DNA from: Escherichia coli | GTDB taxonomy: Bacteria > Pseudomonadota > Gammaproteobacteria > Enterobacterales > Enterobacteriaceae | Assembly: GCF_016903815.1 (NCBI RefSeq) | Contig: NZ_CP069973.1 | DNA: 64,000 bases | Direction: 5' to 3' (one strand) | In this document: positions 46,024 through 55,773 of the stretch, one piece after another | How positions within the stretch are numbered: position 1 is the first letter of the stretch | Layout of the letters: each line of letters starts with the position of its first letter | Notes under the pieces: model-generated | What the model was told of the DNA's origin: nothing | Databases searched by the model: none | What the model saw: the letters and a program-made list of their open reading frames with translations, nothing else | Position numbers and translations under genes: made by a program

Positions 46024-46994
46024 CCGCAAAATATTTTGCCATTCTGACCAATCAGGGCGCGGCGCGGCTGGCGAACGCGGCGGCACTCGGTACCAAACTC
46101 AACCTGACGCAGATGGCCGTCGGTGATGCGAATGGTACGTTGCCGACCCCTGACCCGGCGCAGACGAAGCTCATTAACCAGAAACGCATCGCGCCGCTGA
46201 ACCTGCTGACCGTTGACCCGGCCAATACCAGTCAGATTATCGCGGAACAGATTATTCCCGAGAATGAAGGTGGTTTCTGGATCCGCGAGATTGGTCTCTA
46301 TGACGATGATGGTATTCTGATTGCCGTGGCGAACTGTCCGGAGACCTACAAGCCACAACTGCAGGAGGGAAGCGGTCGCACGCAGACCATTCGCATGATT
46401 CTGATTGTGTCGAGCACATCGGCAATCACCCTGAAAATCGACCCGGCAGTCGTGCTGGCAACGCGCCAGTATGTCGACGACAAGATTATCGAGGTGAAAG
46501 GATATGCTGATGACCTGATGAAAAAACATGTTGAGGCCGCCAATCCACACAAGCAGTACCCGTTAATCGCTAATGCTCTGAAAGAAATGGTTGACGCGGG
46601 ACTGGCCGGCGACGTTCTTAAAAACCTTGGTTTGGGAGAAGCGGCAAAACGGAATGTAGGTAACGGGCAAAACCAAATTCCGGATATGGCGGCGTTTGCC
46701 AGTTCACTTTCATCAACGGGTTTTCAAAAACTCCCTTCAGGTCTGATTATTCAGTGGGGTATTGTCAGTGGAGCATCAAACTATACGGTGACTTACCCGG
46801 TAACATTCCCAAATCGTTCACTTGCGCTGTTGGCTGTGCCACATACAACGTCGGTGGCTGGTATATCTGCAATGGGCATAGCGAACTGTTCTGATATCAG
46901 CAAATCACAGTTCTATATAATTGTTGGCGGTATATCTCAGGGAGAAATTGTCAAATATGAAAGGTCCTGTTTTTGGGTAGCAATCGGTGTATAG
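46020..46994 (+). CDS. tail fibre protein H (constant N-terminus plus currently expressed variable C-terminus)
   Basis: 324-aa ORF; C-terminal third begins at the crossover repeat and has a diverged homologue on the minus strand. Confidence 0.8.
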   Translation: MTAKYFAILTNQGAARLANAAALGTKLNLTQMAVGDANGTLPTPDPAQTKLINQKRIAPLNLLTVDPANTSQIIAEQIIPENEGGFWIREIGLYDDDGILIAVANCPETYKPQLQEGSGRTQTIRMILIVSSTSAITLKIDPAVVLATRQYVDDKIIEVKGYADDLMKKHVEAANPHKQYPLIANALKEMVDAGLAGDVLKNLGLGEAAKRNVGNGQNQIPDMAAFASSLSSTGFQKLPSGLIIQWGIVSGASNYTVTYPVTFPNRSLALLAVPHTTSVAGISAMGIANCSDISKSQFYIIVGGISQGEIVKYERSCFWVAIGV

Positions 46995-47002
46995 GTATAT
47001 CT

Positions 47003-47398
47003 ATGATTTATTTCTCAAAATCGACTAATGGTTTTTTCTTTGATGGTATAAACAGCGACATGCCTGCTGACATTGTTGAGATAAGTACAGACTTATACAA
47101 TGAATTAATTGCCGGACAGCAGGAAGGGGGGAAATTAATCACGTCAGATGAAAATGGTTTACCGGTACTGAAATCTCCGGCGATTGATTATGTCGCACGT
47201 GCGGAAAATCAGCGAATGCAGTTACTTGCTCATGCCGATAATGTCACAGCTGACTGGCGAGTGGAATTAATGCTTGGTGATATCAGCAGTACAGATAAAG
47301 AAAAACTATCCGCCTGGATGAACTACAAAAAAGAAGTAAAAGCCGTCGACACTTCGACGGCTCCTGAGATTAGCTGGCCTGAGTTACCGGAGGCGTAG
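47003..47398 (+). CDS. tail fibre assembly chaperone (G), current orientation
   Basis: Start chosen at MIYFSKSTNGFFF after H stop. Confidence 0.7.
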   Translation: MIYFSKSTNGFFFDGINSDMPADIVEISTDLYNELIAGQQEGGKLITSDENGLPVLKSPAIDYVARAENQRMQLLAHADNVTADWRVELMLGDISSTDKEKLSAWMNYKKEVKAVDTSTAPEISWPELPEA

Positions 47399-47813
47399 GC
47401 CATTCAATATCTGGCGCACTGGAAGTATTGACCTGTTCCAGTGCGTCCAGGTAATCCAGCCACAAATTATATTGCGCCAGTTCGTCACCGTTCAGACGAC
47501 CAATAGCTGCTTTACCGGGCCATTGCTTACTGTTCATGTAGTCGTTTGCCTGGTTGATTTTTTTCTGCTTTTCGGCGTTCGCAGCTTCCACTTCTTCATC
47601 GTGACTTAACGGTGGTAAATCCACCCATACAGGCTGCCCATTTTCATCAGCGCCGCGGGTTTGCCCTTCTGGTGGCATTCCTGAATATGTGAGAAAAACG
47701 TCATCAGAAACACCTACTAAGTCATCTGGCCAGGTGTTGGCTGCTATGTACAGCGACTTCATTTCTTCAGGGTAAAAACCTAGAGTTGATGGAGAAAAAT
47801 AATAAAGAGTCAT
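47370..47813 (-). CDS. alternative tail fibre assembly chaperone (G')
   Basis: 147-aa ORF convergent with G; shares C-terminal motif (…SAPDIEWPTPP vs …TAPEISWPELP). Confidence 0.7.
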   Translation of the reverse strand: MTLYYFSPSTLGFYPEEMKSLYIAANTWPDDLVGVSDDVFLTYSGMPPEGQTRGADENGQPVWVDLPPLSHDEEVEAANAEKQKKINQANDYMNSKQWPGKAAIGRLNGDELAQYNLWLDYLDALEQVNTSSAPDIEWPTPPVTQAS

Positions 47814-47814
47814 A

Positions 47815-48165
47815 TCAGCTTCCTATTGCGAACCAGCGAAAGACATAAACCCCAGATGTTGCATCACAGCGCATCAGGAAATTTGTTTTTGTAAAACTTC
47901 CTGCCGCTCCCGCAATAACCTTTCCACCACCATTGTCGTAAGAGACTACAACCTGATGGCAAATGTTCGGAAAAGAAACCGAGAAGTTAATTGCATTTCC
48001 CGTATTACCTGTCGCACCCACTCCGGCTGTTGCTGATCCCCATTGAATGATTAAGCCGCTAGGTAGTTTTTGATATCCAGCAGCACCCGTTACAGACAAA
48101 AATGAATTTATATCTGGAATCTGGTTTTCCCCTGTTCCGACATCCCGTTTCGCTGCTTCTCCCAA
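47815..48165 (-). CDS. alternative tail fibre C-terminal segment (H'), silent in this orientation
   Basis: Homologous to H C-terminus (GEAAKR.VG.G.NQIPD…YQKLPSGLIIQWG); has no promoter or start of its own. Confidence 0.6.
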   Translation of the reverse strand: MGEAAKRDVGTGENQIPDINSFLSVTGAAGYQKLPSGLIIQWGSATAGVGATGNTGNAINFSVSFPNICHQVVVSYDNGGGKVIAGAAGSFTKTNFLMRCDATSGVYVFRWFAIGS

Positions 48166-48236
48166 ACCAACCTTTTAGAAAATGCAGATATTCCGTTCAG
48201 CTGGCATGTTTCCGACTTTTTACCGGGTTATTTCTC

Positions 48237-48483
48237 ATGTTTATCGGTTATGTACGTGTATCAACAAATGACCAGAACACCGCATTACAGCGAAATGAAC
48301 TGGAGTGCGCAGGATGTGAGCTGATTTTCGAAGATAAAATCAGCGGCAAAACATCAATCAGACTGGCCGGGGCTAAAGAGGTTACTCAGAACCTTGTCAG
48401 AGGGCGATACGCTTGTGGTCTGGAAACTGGATCGCCTCGGGTATCTCAACGCTATACAAACAATTTCCCGCATCCGTTGCTGA
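48237..48483 (+). pseudogene. Hin/Gin/Pin-family serine DNA invertase, frameshifted and 3'-truncated remnant
   Basis: N-terminus MFIGYVRVSTNDQNTALQRNELECAGCELIFEDKISGK matches the invertase catalytic region; homology continues in another frame (…PGLKRLLRTLSEGDTLVVWKLDRLG) after an A4 run at 48349..48352, then is lost before a stop at 48481. Confidence 0.75.
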
Positions 48484-48581
48484 TGTCTCAATGTGTCAGA
48501 CATCGCCCAACACTGACAAATAGCCCCTCAACAGACCAGCCAGGACAATAACACTTGCCCACTAACCACGGAGTTAACCGG

Positions 48582-49760
48582 ATGAGTGATTTTCACCACG
48601 GCGTGCAGGTGCTTGAGATTAACGACGGCACCCGCGTCATTTCCACTGTTGCAACCGCAATTGTCGGCATGGTCTGCACGGCCAGCGATGCGGATGCCGA
48701 GACATTCCCCCTCAACGAACCGGTATTGATTACCAATGTGCAGAGCGCCATTGCAAAAGCCGGTAAAAAAGGCACGTTGTCTGCCTCCCTGCAGGCTATC
48801 GCCGACCAGTCAAAACCCGTCACAGTTGTCGTGCGTGTTGCCGAAGGTACCGGAGAAGACGCCGAAGCGCAGACCATTTCCAATATCATCGGCGGCACGG
48901 ATGAGAACGGTAAATATACCGGCATCAAGGCGCTGTTGACTGCCGAAGCAGTCACCGGCGTTAAGCCGCGCATTCTCGGCGTGCCGGGTCTCGATACCAA
49001 AGAGGTCGCAGTCGCACTTGCTTCGGTCTGTATCAGCCTGCGCGCGTTTGGTTATGTCAGCGCATGGGGTTGTAAAACCATTTCCGAGGCGATGGCCTAT
49101 CGCGAGAATTTCAGCCAGCGCGAGCTGATGGTCATCTGGCCTGATTTCCTTGCATGGGATACCACCACAAACGCCACCGCACCGGCATACGCAACTGCGC
49201 GCGCACTCGGCCTGCGTGCCTATATCGACCAGACCGTCGGCTGGCACAAAACCCTGTCTAACGTCGGCGTGCAGGGTGTTACCGGCATCAGTGCGTCAGT
49301 GTTTTGGGATTTGCAGGCATCCGGCACCGATGCTGATCTGCTCAACGAGGCCGGGGTCACGACACTGGTGCGTAAGGATGGCTTCCGCTTTTGGGGTAAC
49401 CGCACCTGCTCTGATGACCCGCTTTTCCTGTTTGAGAACTACACCCGCACCGCGCAGGTGCTGGCCGACACGATGGCCGAGGCGCACATGTGGGCGGTCG
49501 ATAAGCCCATCACCGCATCACTTATCCGTGACATTGTCGACGGCATTAACGCCAAATTCCGCGAGCTGAAATCAAACGGCTACATCGTGGACGGTGAATG
49601 CTGGTTCGACGAGGAATCGAACGATAAGGAAACCCTCAAGGCCGGGAAACTGTATATCGACTACGACTATACACCGGTTCCACCACTGGAAAGCCTAACC
49701 CTGCGCCAGCGTATCACCGATAAATATCTGGTGGATCTGGCCGAATCGGTCAACAGCTAA
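48582..49760 (+). CDS. tail sheath protein FI
   Basis: Start at MSDFHHGVQVLEINDGTRV; recognised P2 FI-like sequence. Confidence 0.9.
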   Translation: MSDFHHGVQVLEINDGTRVISTVATAIVGMVCTASDADAETFPLNEPVLITNVQSAIAKAGKKGTLSASLQAIADQSKPVTVVVRVAEGTGEDAEAQTISNIIGGTDENGKYTGIKALLTAEAVTGVKPRILGVPGLDTKEVAVALASVCISLRAFGYVSAWGCKTISEAMAYRENFSQRELMVIWPDFLAWDTTTNATAPAYATARALGLRAYIDQTVGWHKTLSNVGVQGVTGISASVFWDLQASGTDADLLNEAGVTTLVRKDGFRFWGNRTCSDDPLFLFENYTRTAQVLADTMAEAHMWAVDKPITASLIRDIVDGINAKFRELKSNGYIVDGECWFDEESNDKETLKAGKLYIDYDYTPVPPLESLTLRQRITDKYLVDLAESVNS

Positions 49761-49775
49761 GGAGCCTGAAACAAC

Positions 49776-50294
49776 ATGGCACTACCCCGCAAACTTAAAT
49801 ATCTGAACATGTTCAATGACGGCCTTAGCTACATGGGCGTTGTGGAATCCGTGACGCTGCCGAAGCTGACCCGCAAGCTCGAAAACTATCGCGGCGGCGG
49901 CATGAATGGCGCGGCGGCGATTGACCTTGGTCTCGACGATGATGCGCTCACCGTCGAATGGTCTGTCGGTGGCCTGCCTGATGTGGCGCTGTGGGCGCAG
50001 TACGCCGCGCCGGGTGCTGACGCTGTGCCGTTGCGTTTTGCTGGCTCTTACCAACGTGACGACACTGGCGAAATCGTGGCGGTCGAGGTGGTCATGCGTG
50101 GCCGTCATAAAGAAATCGACGGCGGCGAGAATAAGCAGGGTGAAAACACCTCGACCAAACTGTCGACCGTATGCACCTATTACCGCCTCACGATTGATGG
50201 TAGCGACGTCATCGAAATCGACACCGTCAACATGGTTGAGAAGGTGAACGGCGTCGACCGTCTGGAACAGCACCGCCGCGCAATCGGGCTGTAA
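49776..50294 (+). CDS. tail tube protein FII
   Basis: 172-aa product, position and size. Confidence 0.9.
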   Translation: MALPRKLKYLNMFNDGLSYMGVVESVTLPKLTRKLENYRGGGMNGAAAIDLGLDDDALTVEWSVGGLPDVALWAQYAAPGADAVPLRFAGSYQRDDTGEIVAVEVVMRGRHKEIDGGENKQGENTSTKLSTVCTYYRLTIDGSDVIEIDTVNMVEKVNGVDRLEQHRRAIGL

Positions 50295-50357
50295 TTCCCT
50301 GACCGGTCAGCACTGCTGGCCGGTTATTAATCCCCATTCAGAGCAGAGAAAAACATC

Positions 50358-50693
50358 ATGGCAAAAGCACCACGTAAAACCGCTGAATTTGTTGATATGG
50401 CTGGCAATGAAATTGACACCGTAAACCCGAACGTCGTGACCCTCGACAAGCCGATTAAGCGCGCCGGTCAGACGATTGATAAAGTCACACTGATTGAGCC
50501 GAACGCCGGTACCCTGCGCGGTGTCAGTCTGGCAGCGGTGGCGCAGTCCGAAGTCGATGCGCTGATTAAGGTATTGCCACGCATGACCTACCCCGCGCTT
50601 ACGGCGCAGGAGCTTACCGCAATGAACCTGCCCGATATGCTGTCGTTGGCCGCTAAGGTGATTGGTTTTTTGTCACCGGCTTCGGCGGAGTAG
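50358..50693 (+). CDS. tail assembly chaperone E
   Basis: 111-aa ORF upstream of tape measure gene. Confidence 0.8.
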   Translation: MAKAPRKTAEFVDMAGNEIDTVNPNVVTLDKPIKRAGQTIDKVTLIEPNAGTLRGVSLAAVAQSEVDALIKVLPRMTYPALTAQELTAMNLPDMLSLAAKVIGFLSPASAE

Positions 50694-50845
50694 ATTTCCC
50701 GCCCGACCTGTCGACCGATGACCTGATGGCGGATATCGCGGTGATATTCCACTGGCCGCTATCAGATCTCTATTCCCTGAGCCTGACCGAGCTCATCACA
50801 TGGCGCGAAAAGGCGCTGCAGCGTAGCGGACACCACAATGAGTAA
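50358..50845 (+). CDS. tail assembly chaperone E+E' (predicted -1 frameshift product)
   Basis: Slippery TTTTTTG at 50665..50671 near 3' end of E; the -1 frame stays open to 50845, overlapping the T start. Confidence 0.55.
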
Positions 50846-53282
50846 TAACCTGAGACTTGAGGTTTTGCTGAAAGCGGTCGACCAGGCGACCCGACCGCTT
50901 AAATCCATCCAGACCGCGAGTAAAACCCTGTCGGGCGATATTCGCGACACACAAAAAGGGCTGCGTGACCTGAACGGGCAGGCCGCGAAAATCGACGGCT
51001 TTCGCAAAACCAGCGCTCAACTGGCCGTAACCGGCCAGTCGCTGGAGAAGGCAAAGCGCGAGGCTGAAGCGCTTGCCACGCAATTCAAAAATACTGAGCG
51101 CCCGACGCGAGCGCAGGCACAGGTGCTCGAATCCGCAAAACGTGCCGCCGAGGGGCTGCAGGTTAAATACAACAGCCTCACCGAGTCGGTTAAACGCCAG
51201 CAACGCGAGCTGGGTGCCGCCGGTATCAATACCCGCAATCTGGCAAACGATGAGCGGGGGCTTAAAACACGTATCAGCGAGACGACGGCGCAGCTCAACC
51301 GGCAGCGTGAAGCATTGGCGAAGGTCAGCGCACAGCAGGCGCACCTAAACCGAGTGAAAGAGCGATATAAATCGGGTAAGGAGCTTGCCGGTAACATGGC
51401 CGCTGCAGGTGCTGCCGGGGTCGGTATTGCGACAGCGGGAACGATGGCCGGGGTTAAATTGCTGATGCCCGGTTATGACTTTGCGCAAAAAAACTCCGAG
51501 CTGCAGGCTGTGCTCGGGGTCGATAAGCAGTCGCCAGAAATGCAGGCGTTACGCAAACAGGCGCGCCAGCTCGGTGACAATACAGCCGCTTCTGCTGATG
51601 ATGCAGCCAGTGCGCAGATTATCATTGCAAAAGGTGGTGGTGATGCGGCGGCTATAGCGGCCATGACACCTGTGACTCTCAACCTGTCGCTTGCAAACAA
51701 AAAAACAATGGAGGAAAACGCGCAACTGTTGATGGGGACAAAAGCCGCCTTTCAACTTTCTAATGACGCGGCTGCGCATATCGGTGATGTTCTTTCAACC
51801 ACGATGAACAAAACCACCGCTGATTTTCAGGGACTAAGTGACTCATTAAGTTACCTTGCCCCTGTTGCGAAAAATGCTGGGGTGAGTCTTGAACAGGCGG
51901 CGGCGATTACCGGCACACTTCATGATAATAACATCAGGGGGTCAATGGCTGGGACTGGCGGCGCTGCTGTTATAACGAGACTACAGGCACCCACAGGCAA
52001 AGCATACGATGCTCTCAAAGAGCTGGGAGTTAAAACCTCAGACAGCAAAGGCAATACGCGCCCGCTATTTACCATCCTGAAAGAAATGCAGGCCAGTTTT
52101 AAGCGCAACAATCTTGGTACCTCACAAAAGGCCGAGTACGTGAAAACGATATTCGGCGAGGAGGCTATGAAGTCTGCAAGTGTCCTTATGGCGGCAGCGG
52201 CAAGCGGAAAACTCGATAAGCTAACTGCCACGATAAAGGATTCAGACGGTAAAACAGAGGAGCTGGTCAAGGTTATGCAGGATAACCTCGGCGGCGACTT
52301 CAAGGAGTTCCAGTCAGCATATGAGGCGGTCGGCACTGACCTCTATGACCAGCAAGATAGCTCATTGCGTCAGCTAACTCAGACAGCAACACGGTATGTG
52401 CTAAAGCTTGATGACTGGATCAAAGACAACAAGGAGTTAGCGGAAACTATCGGCATCATCGCCGGTGGTGCGCTGGCGCTGATTGGTATCATCGGCGGCA
52501 TTGGTCTCGTTGCGTGGCCGGTTGTCATGGGGATTAATGCAATTATCGCCGCTGCTGGCGTGCTGGGTACGGTCTTTACTGTCGTCGGTAGTGCCATTGC
52601 GACAGCGCTCGGTGCGATTACCTGGCCGATAGTGGCCGTCGGTGCGGCGATTGTGGCGGGGGCGCTACTCATCCGTAAATATTGGGAGCCCATCAGCGCA
52701 TTTTTCTCGGGAGTGATTGAAGGCATCATGAGTGCCTTTGCCCCAGTCGGGGAAATGTTAGCTCCACTGGCTCCCATTTTTGATGGTCTCGGCGAGAAAC
52801 TGCGCGGCGTCTGGCAGTGGTTTAAAGACCTGATAGCACCGGTTAAGGCCACACAGGAAACGCTTGATAGCTGCAAAAATGTCGGCGTCATATTTGGTCA
52901 GGCACTGGCCTCTGCCTTGATGGCTCCGCTCAATGTTTTTAACAAGCTGCGCAGCGGTGTCGACTGGCTTCTCGAAAAGCTCGGCATCATCAACAAAGAG
53001 TCGGACAGCCTCGACCAGACCGCCGCCAAAACCAATGCCGCCACACAGGGTAATTCCTACATCCCGGCAACCAGCACATATGGCGGCTATCAGGCTTATC
53101 AGCCAGTTACCGCACCGGCGGGGCGCTCTTACATTGACCAGAGCAAAAGCGAATACAACATCAATCTGCCGGGAGGTGTTGCGCCGGGGCATCAGCTTGA
53201 CAGACAACTACGCGACACGCTCGAACAGATTGAGCGCGATAAACGCGCCCGCCAGCGTGCCAACATGACCCACGACTATTGA
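50838..53282 (+). CDS. tail tape measure protein T
   Basis: 814-aa product, coiled-coil-rich N-terminus, Gly/Ala-rich TM-like segment. Confidence 0.9.
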   Translation: MSNNLRLEVLLKAVDQATRPLKSIQTASKTLSGDIRDTQKGLRDLNGQAAKIDGFRKTSAQLAVTGQSLEKAKREAEALATQFKNTERPTRAQAQVLESAKRAAEGLQVKYNSLTESVKRQQRELGAAGINTRNLANDERGLKTRISETTAQLNRQREALAKVSAQQAHLNRVKERYKSGKELAGNMAAAGAAGVGIATAGTMAGVKLLMPGYDFAQKNSELQAVLGVDKQSPEMQALRKQARQLGDNTAASADDAASAQIIIAKGGGDAAAIAAMTPVTLNLSLANKKTMEENAQLLMGTKAAFQLSNDAAAHIGDVLSTTMNKTTADFQGLSDSLSYLAPVAKNAGVSLEQAAAITGTLHDNNIRGSMAGTGGAAVITRLQAPTGKAYDALKELGVKTSDSKGNTRPLFTILKEMQASFKRNNLGTSQKAEYVKTIFGEEAMKSASVLMAAAASGKLDKLTATIKDSDGKTEELVKVMQDNLGGDFKEFQSAYEAVGTDLYDQQDSSLRQLTQTATRYVLKLDDWIKDNKELAETIGIIAGGALALIGIIGGIGLVAWPVVMGINAIIAAAGVLGTVFTVVGSAIATALGAITWPIVAVGAAIVAGALLIRKYWEPISAFFSGVIEGIMSAFAPVGEMLAPLAPIFDGLGEKLRGVWQWFKDLIAPVKATQETLDSCKNVGVIFGQALASALMAPLNVFNKLRSGVDWLLEKLGIINKESDSLDQTAAKTNAATQGNSYIPATSTYGGYQAYQPVTAPAGRSYIDQSKSEYNINLPGGVAPGHQLDRQLRDTLEQIERDKRARQRANMTHDY

Positions 53283-53295
53283 GGGGGATTAAACG

Positions 53296-53781
53296 ATGAT
53301 GCTTGCTCTCGGAATGTTTGTGTTTGAACTTCGCACCCTGCCTTACCAGTCGATGCAGCATTCGAAAGATTATCGCTGGGTGTCCAATGACCGGGTGGGT
53401 AAACCACCTGCCTATCAGTTTCTTGGCGAGGGGGAAACCTCTATACAGCTTGCTGGTACGCTATACCCCGCTATCACTGGCGGTTGGATCTCACTAAAGG
53501 CTGTAGAGGTGATGGCCAATGAAGGCAGAGCGTGGCCGTTGATAGAGGGAACCGGAAATATCCTCGGGATGTATATCGTCGATAAAGTATCGACTACACG
53601 CACCGAGTTTTTCAGTGATGGTGCGGCCAGAAAGATTGATTTCACGCTTTCGCTAAAACGGGTTGATGAATCGCTGACAGAGATGTTTGGTGACCTGAAT
53701 AAACAGGCCAGTGAGCTTCTCGGCTCTGCCGGTAATTTGACAGATAAACTGCAGGGTATGCCCGGAGGTTTCACTGCATGA
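53296..53781 (+). CDS. tail protein U
   Basis: 161-aa product, position. Confidence 0.8.
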   Translation: MMLALGMFVFELRTLPYQSMQHSKDYRWVSNDRVGKPPAYQFLGEGETSIQLAGTLYPAITGGWISLKAVEVMANEGRAWPLIEGTGNILGMYIVDKVSTTRTEFFSDGAARKIDFTLSLKRVDESLTEMFGDLNKQASELLGSAGNLTDKLQGMPGGFTA

Positions 53782-54947
53782 TAACGGGGATGGCAATTGA
53801 CGCCGGTGCCAGCCTTGCACCGGCATTTATGTTGACGCTGAACAGCCAGGACATTACCAGCAATTTTAGTGACCGATTGATTTCTCTCACCATGACCGAT
53901 AACCGGGGTTTTGAGGCTGACCAGCTCGATATTGAGCTTGATGATACCGACGGGAAAGTTGAGTTACCCCTGCGCGGGGCAGTGCTGACGCTGTGGCTTG
54001 GCTGGCAGGGCTCGGCGTTGCTGAATAAGGGGGATTTTACGGTCGATGAGATTGAGCACCGGGGAGCGCCTGACACCCTGACCATCCGGGCGCGCAGCGC
54101 GGACTTTCGCGGCACGCTAAATTCCAGGCGTGAAGAGTCATGGCATGACACCACCATCGGAGAACTGGTCAGCACCATCGCAAAACGCAATAAACTGACG
54201 GCCAGTGTCGCTGATTCACTGAAAAAAATCCCGGTACCGCATATCGACCAGTCGCAGGAGTCCGACGCGGTGTTTCTGACCCGGCTAGCTGACCGAAACG
54301 GAGCTGCGGTGTCAGTGAAAGCGGGGAAATTGCTGTTTCTGAAAGCCGGTAGTGCGATGACGGCCAGCGGCAGACCCATCCCGCAAATGACGCTGCCCCG
54401 TAGCAATGGTGACCGTCATCAATTTGCTATTGCCGACCGTGGGGCTTATACCGGCGTAACGGCAAAATGGTTGCACACCAAAGACCCGAAGCCGCAAAAG
54501 CAAAAAGTGACGCTGAAACGCCAGCCAAAAGAGAAACACCTACGCGCACTGGAGCACCCGAAAGCAAAGCCTGTCAGCAAAAAGACAAAGGCCAAAAAAG
54601 AGCAGGAGGCTCGCGAGGGTGAGTATATGGCCGGTGAAGCCGATAACGTGCTGGCGCTGACAACGGTCTACGCATCAAAGGCGCAGGCGATGCGTGCCGC
54701 TCAGGCTAAGTGGGATAAACTGCAGCGAGGCGTTGCGGAGTTTTCAATCACACTGGCGCTAGGGCGAGCGGATTTATTTCCTGAGACGCCTGTACGTGTG
54801 TCGGGCTTTAAGCGCGTAATAGACGAACAGGTATGGTTAATCAGTAAAGTAACTCACATTCTGAATAATAGTGGCTTCACGACGGGGTTAGAGCTTGAGG
54901 TTAAGCTATCTGATATAGAGTACAGCTCAGAGGAAAGCGAAATATAA
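53778..54947 (+). CDS. tail protein D (late control D)
   Basis: 389-aa product, position and size. Confidence 0.85.
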   Translation: MITGMAIDAGASLAPAFMLTLNSQDITSNFSDRLISLTMTDNRGFEADQLDIELDDTDGKVELPLRGAVLTLWLGWQGSALLNKGDFTVDEIEHRGAPDTLTIRARSADFRGTLNSRREESWHDTTIGELVSTIAKRNKLTASVADSLKKIPVPHIDQSQESDAVFLTRLADRNGAAVSVKAGKLLFLKAGSAMTASGRPIPQMTLPRSNGDRHQFAIADRGAYTGVTAKWLHTKDPKPQKQKVTLKRQPKEKHLRALEHPKAKPVSKKTKAKKEQEAREGEYMAGEADNVLALTTVYASKAQAMRAAQAKWDKLQRGVAEFSITLALGRADLFPETPVRVSGFKRVIDEQVWLISKVTHILNNSGFTTGLELEVKLSDIEYSSEESEI

Positions 54948-55022
54948 AAAAGCAAATCATAACTTGCAAATGCAATTTTAGAGTTTATTATTCCCTCAAA
55001 CGCGCCAGCAGGGGGAAAAATT

Positions 55023-55241
55023 ATGATGCACTGCCCGTTATGCCAAAACGCCGCACATGCTCGTACTAGCCGGTACCTTAGCACCGAAACGAAAGAACGT
55101 TATCACCAATGCCAGAACATAAATTGCGGATGTACATTTATCACTTTTGAGACGCTATCAAGATTCATTGTGAAACCGGGCACTGTTGATCCTGCTCCGC
55201 CACATCCCATCAGAAACCAACAACAGCAACTTTGGCTTTGA
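55023..55241 (+). CDS. ogr: late gene transcriptional activator Ogr (zinc finger)
   Basis: 72-aa product MMHCPLCQNAAHARTSRY…HQCQNINCGCTFIT, recognised Ogr/Delta family. Confidence 0.85.
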   Translation: MMHCPLCQNAAHARTSRYLSTETKERYHQCQNINCGCTFITFETLSRFIVKPGTVDPAPPHPIRNQQQQLWL

Positions 55242-55264
55242 ACCTGCTTCGGCAGGTTTTTTAT
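55241..55264 (+). terminator. rho-independent terminator after ogr
   Basis: AACCTGC-TTCG-GCAGGTT followed by T6. Confidence 0.7.
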
Positions 55265-55315
55265 ATCTGTCGCCATCGCGCCAATCTCTGCCGCCAATTT
55301 GCCGCCACCACCAAT

Positions 55316-55345
55316 GAAAAAGGGGTTAGCAATTCGCTAACCCCT
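55316..55345 (-). terminator. phage-borne palindromic terminator now positioned downstream of rplS
   Basis: Perfect 10-bp stem AGGGGTTAGC/GCTAACCCCT with 5-nt loop; T-tract on the minus strand; about 40 bp beyond the rplS stop. Confidence 0.6.
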
Positions 55346-55384
55346 TGTTTCATAACACGCTTTGGATGTAGCGCGAATACGTTA

Positions 55385-55735
<351 letters not shown>

Positions 55736-55773
55736 TTAATCTCTTATCCTGGGTAAACTGATATCTCGGGGGC

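Larger units (their letters stand above)
46615..48172. mobile_element. invertible tail-fibre host-range segment (G/P-segment type) bounded by inverted crossover sites
   Basis: Inverted repeats TTCTTAAAAACC-TT-GGTTTGGGAGAA (46615..46640) and TTCTCCCAAACC-AA-CCTTTTAGAAAA (48147..48172), hix/gix-like; two convergent sets of fibre C-terminus plus assembly gene. Confidence 0.75.

Noticed and set aside
48102-48551. 149-aa ORF taken as an intact gene
   Set aside because: Only the central part matches a serine invertase N-terminus; the upstream part is the reverse side of the crossover site and the downstream part is out-of-frame remnant, so it is annotated as a pseudogene.
50762-51344. 81-aa and 182-aa minus-strand ORFs overlapping the E' and T region
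   Set aside because: Antisense to the tail chaperone and tape-measure genes, with no start context.
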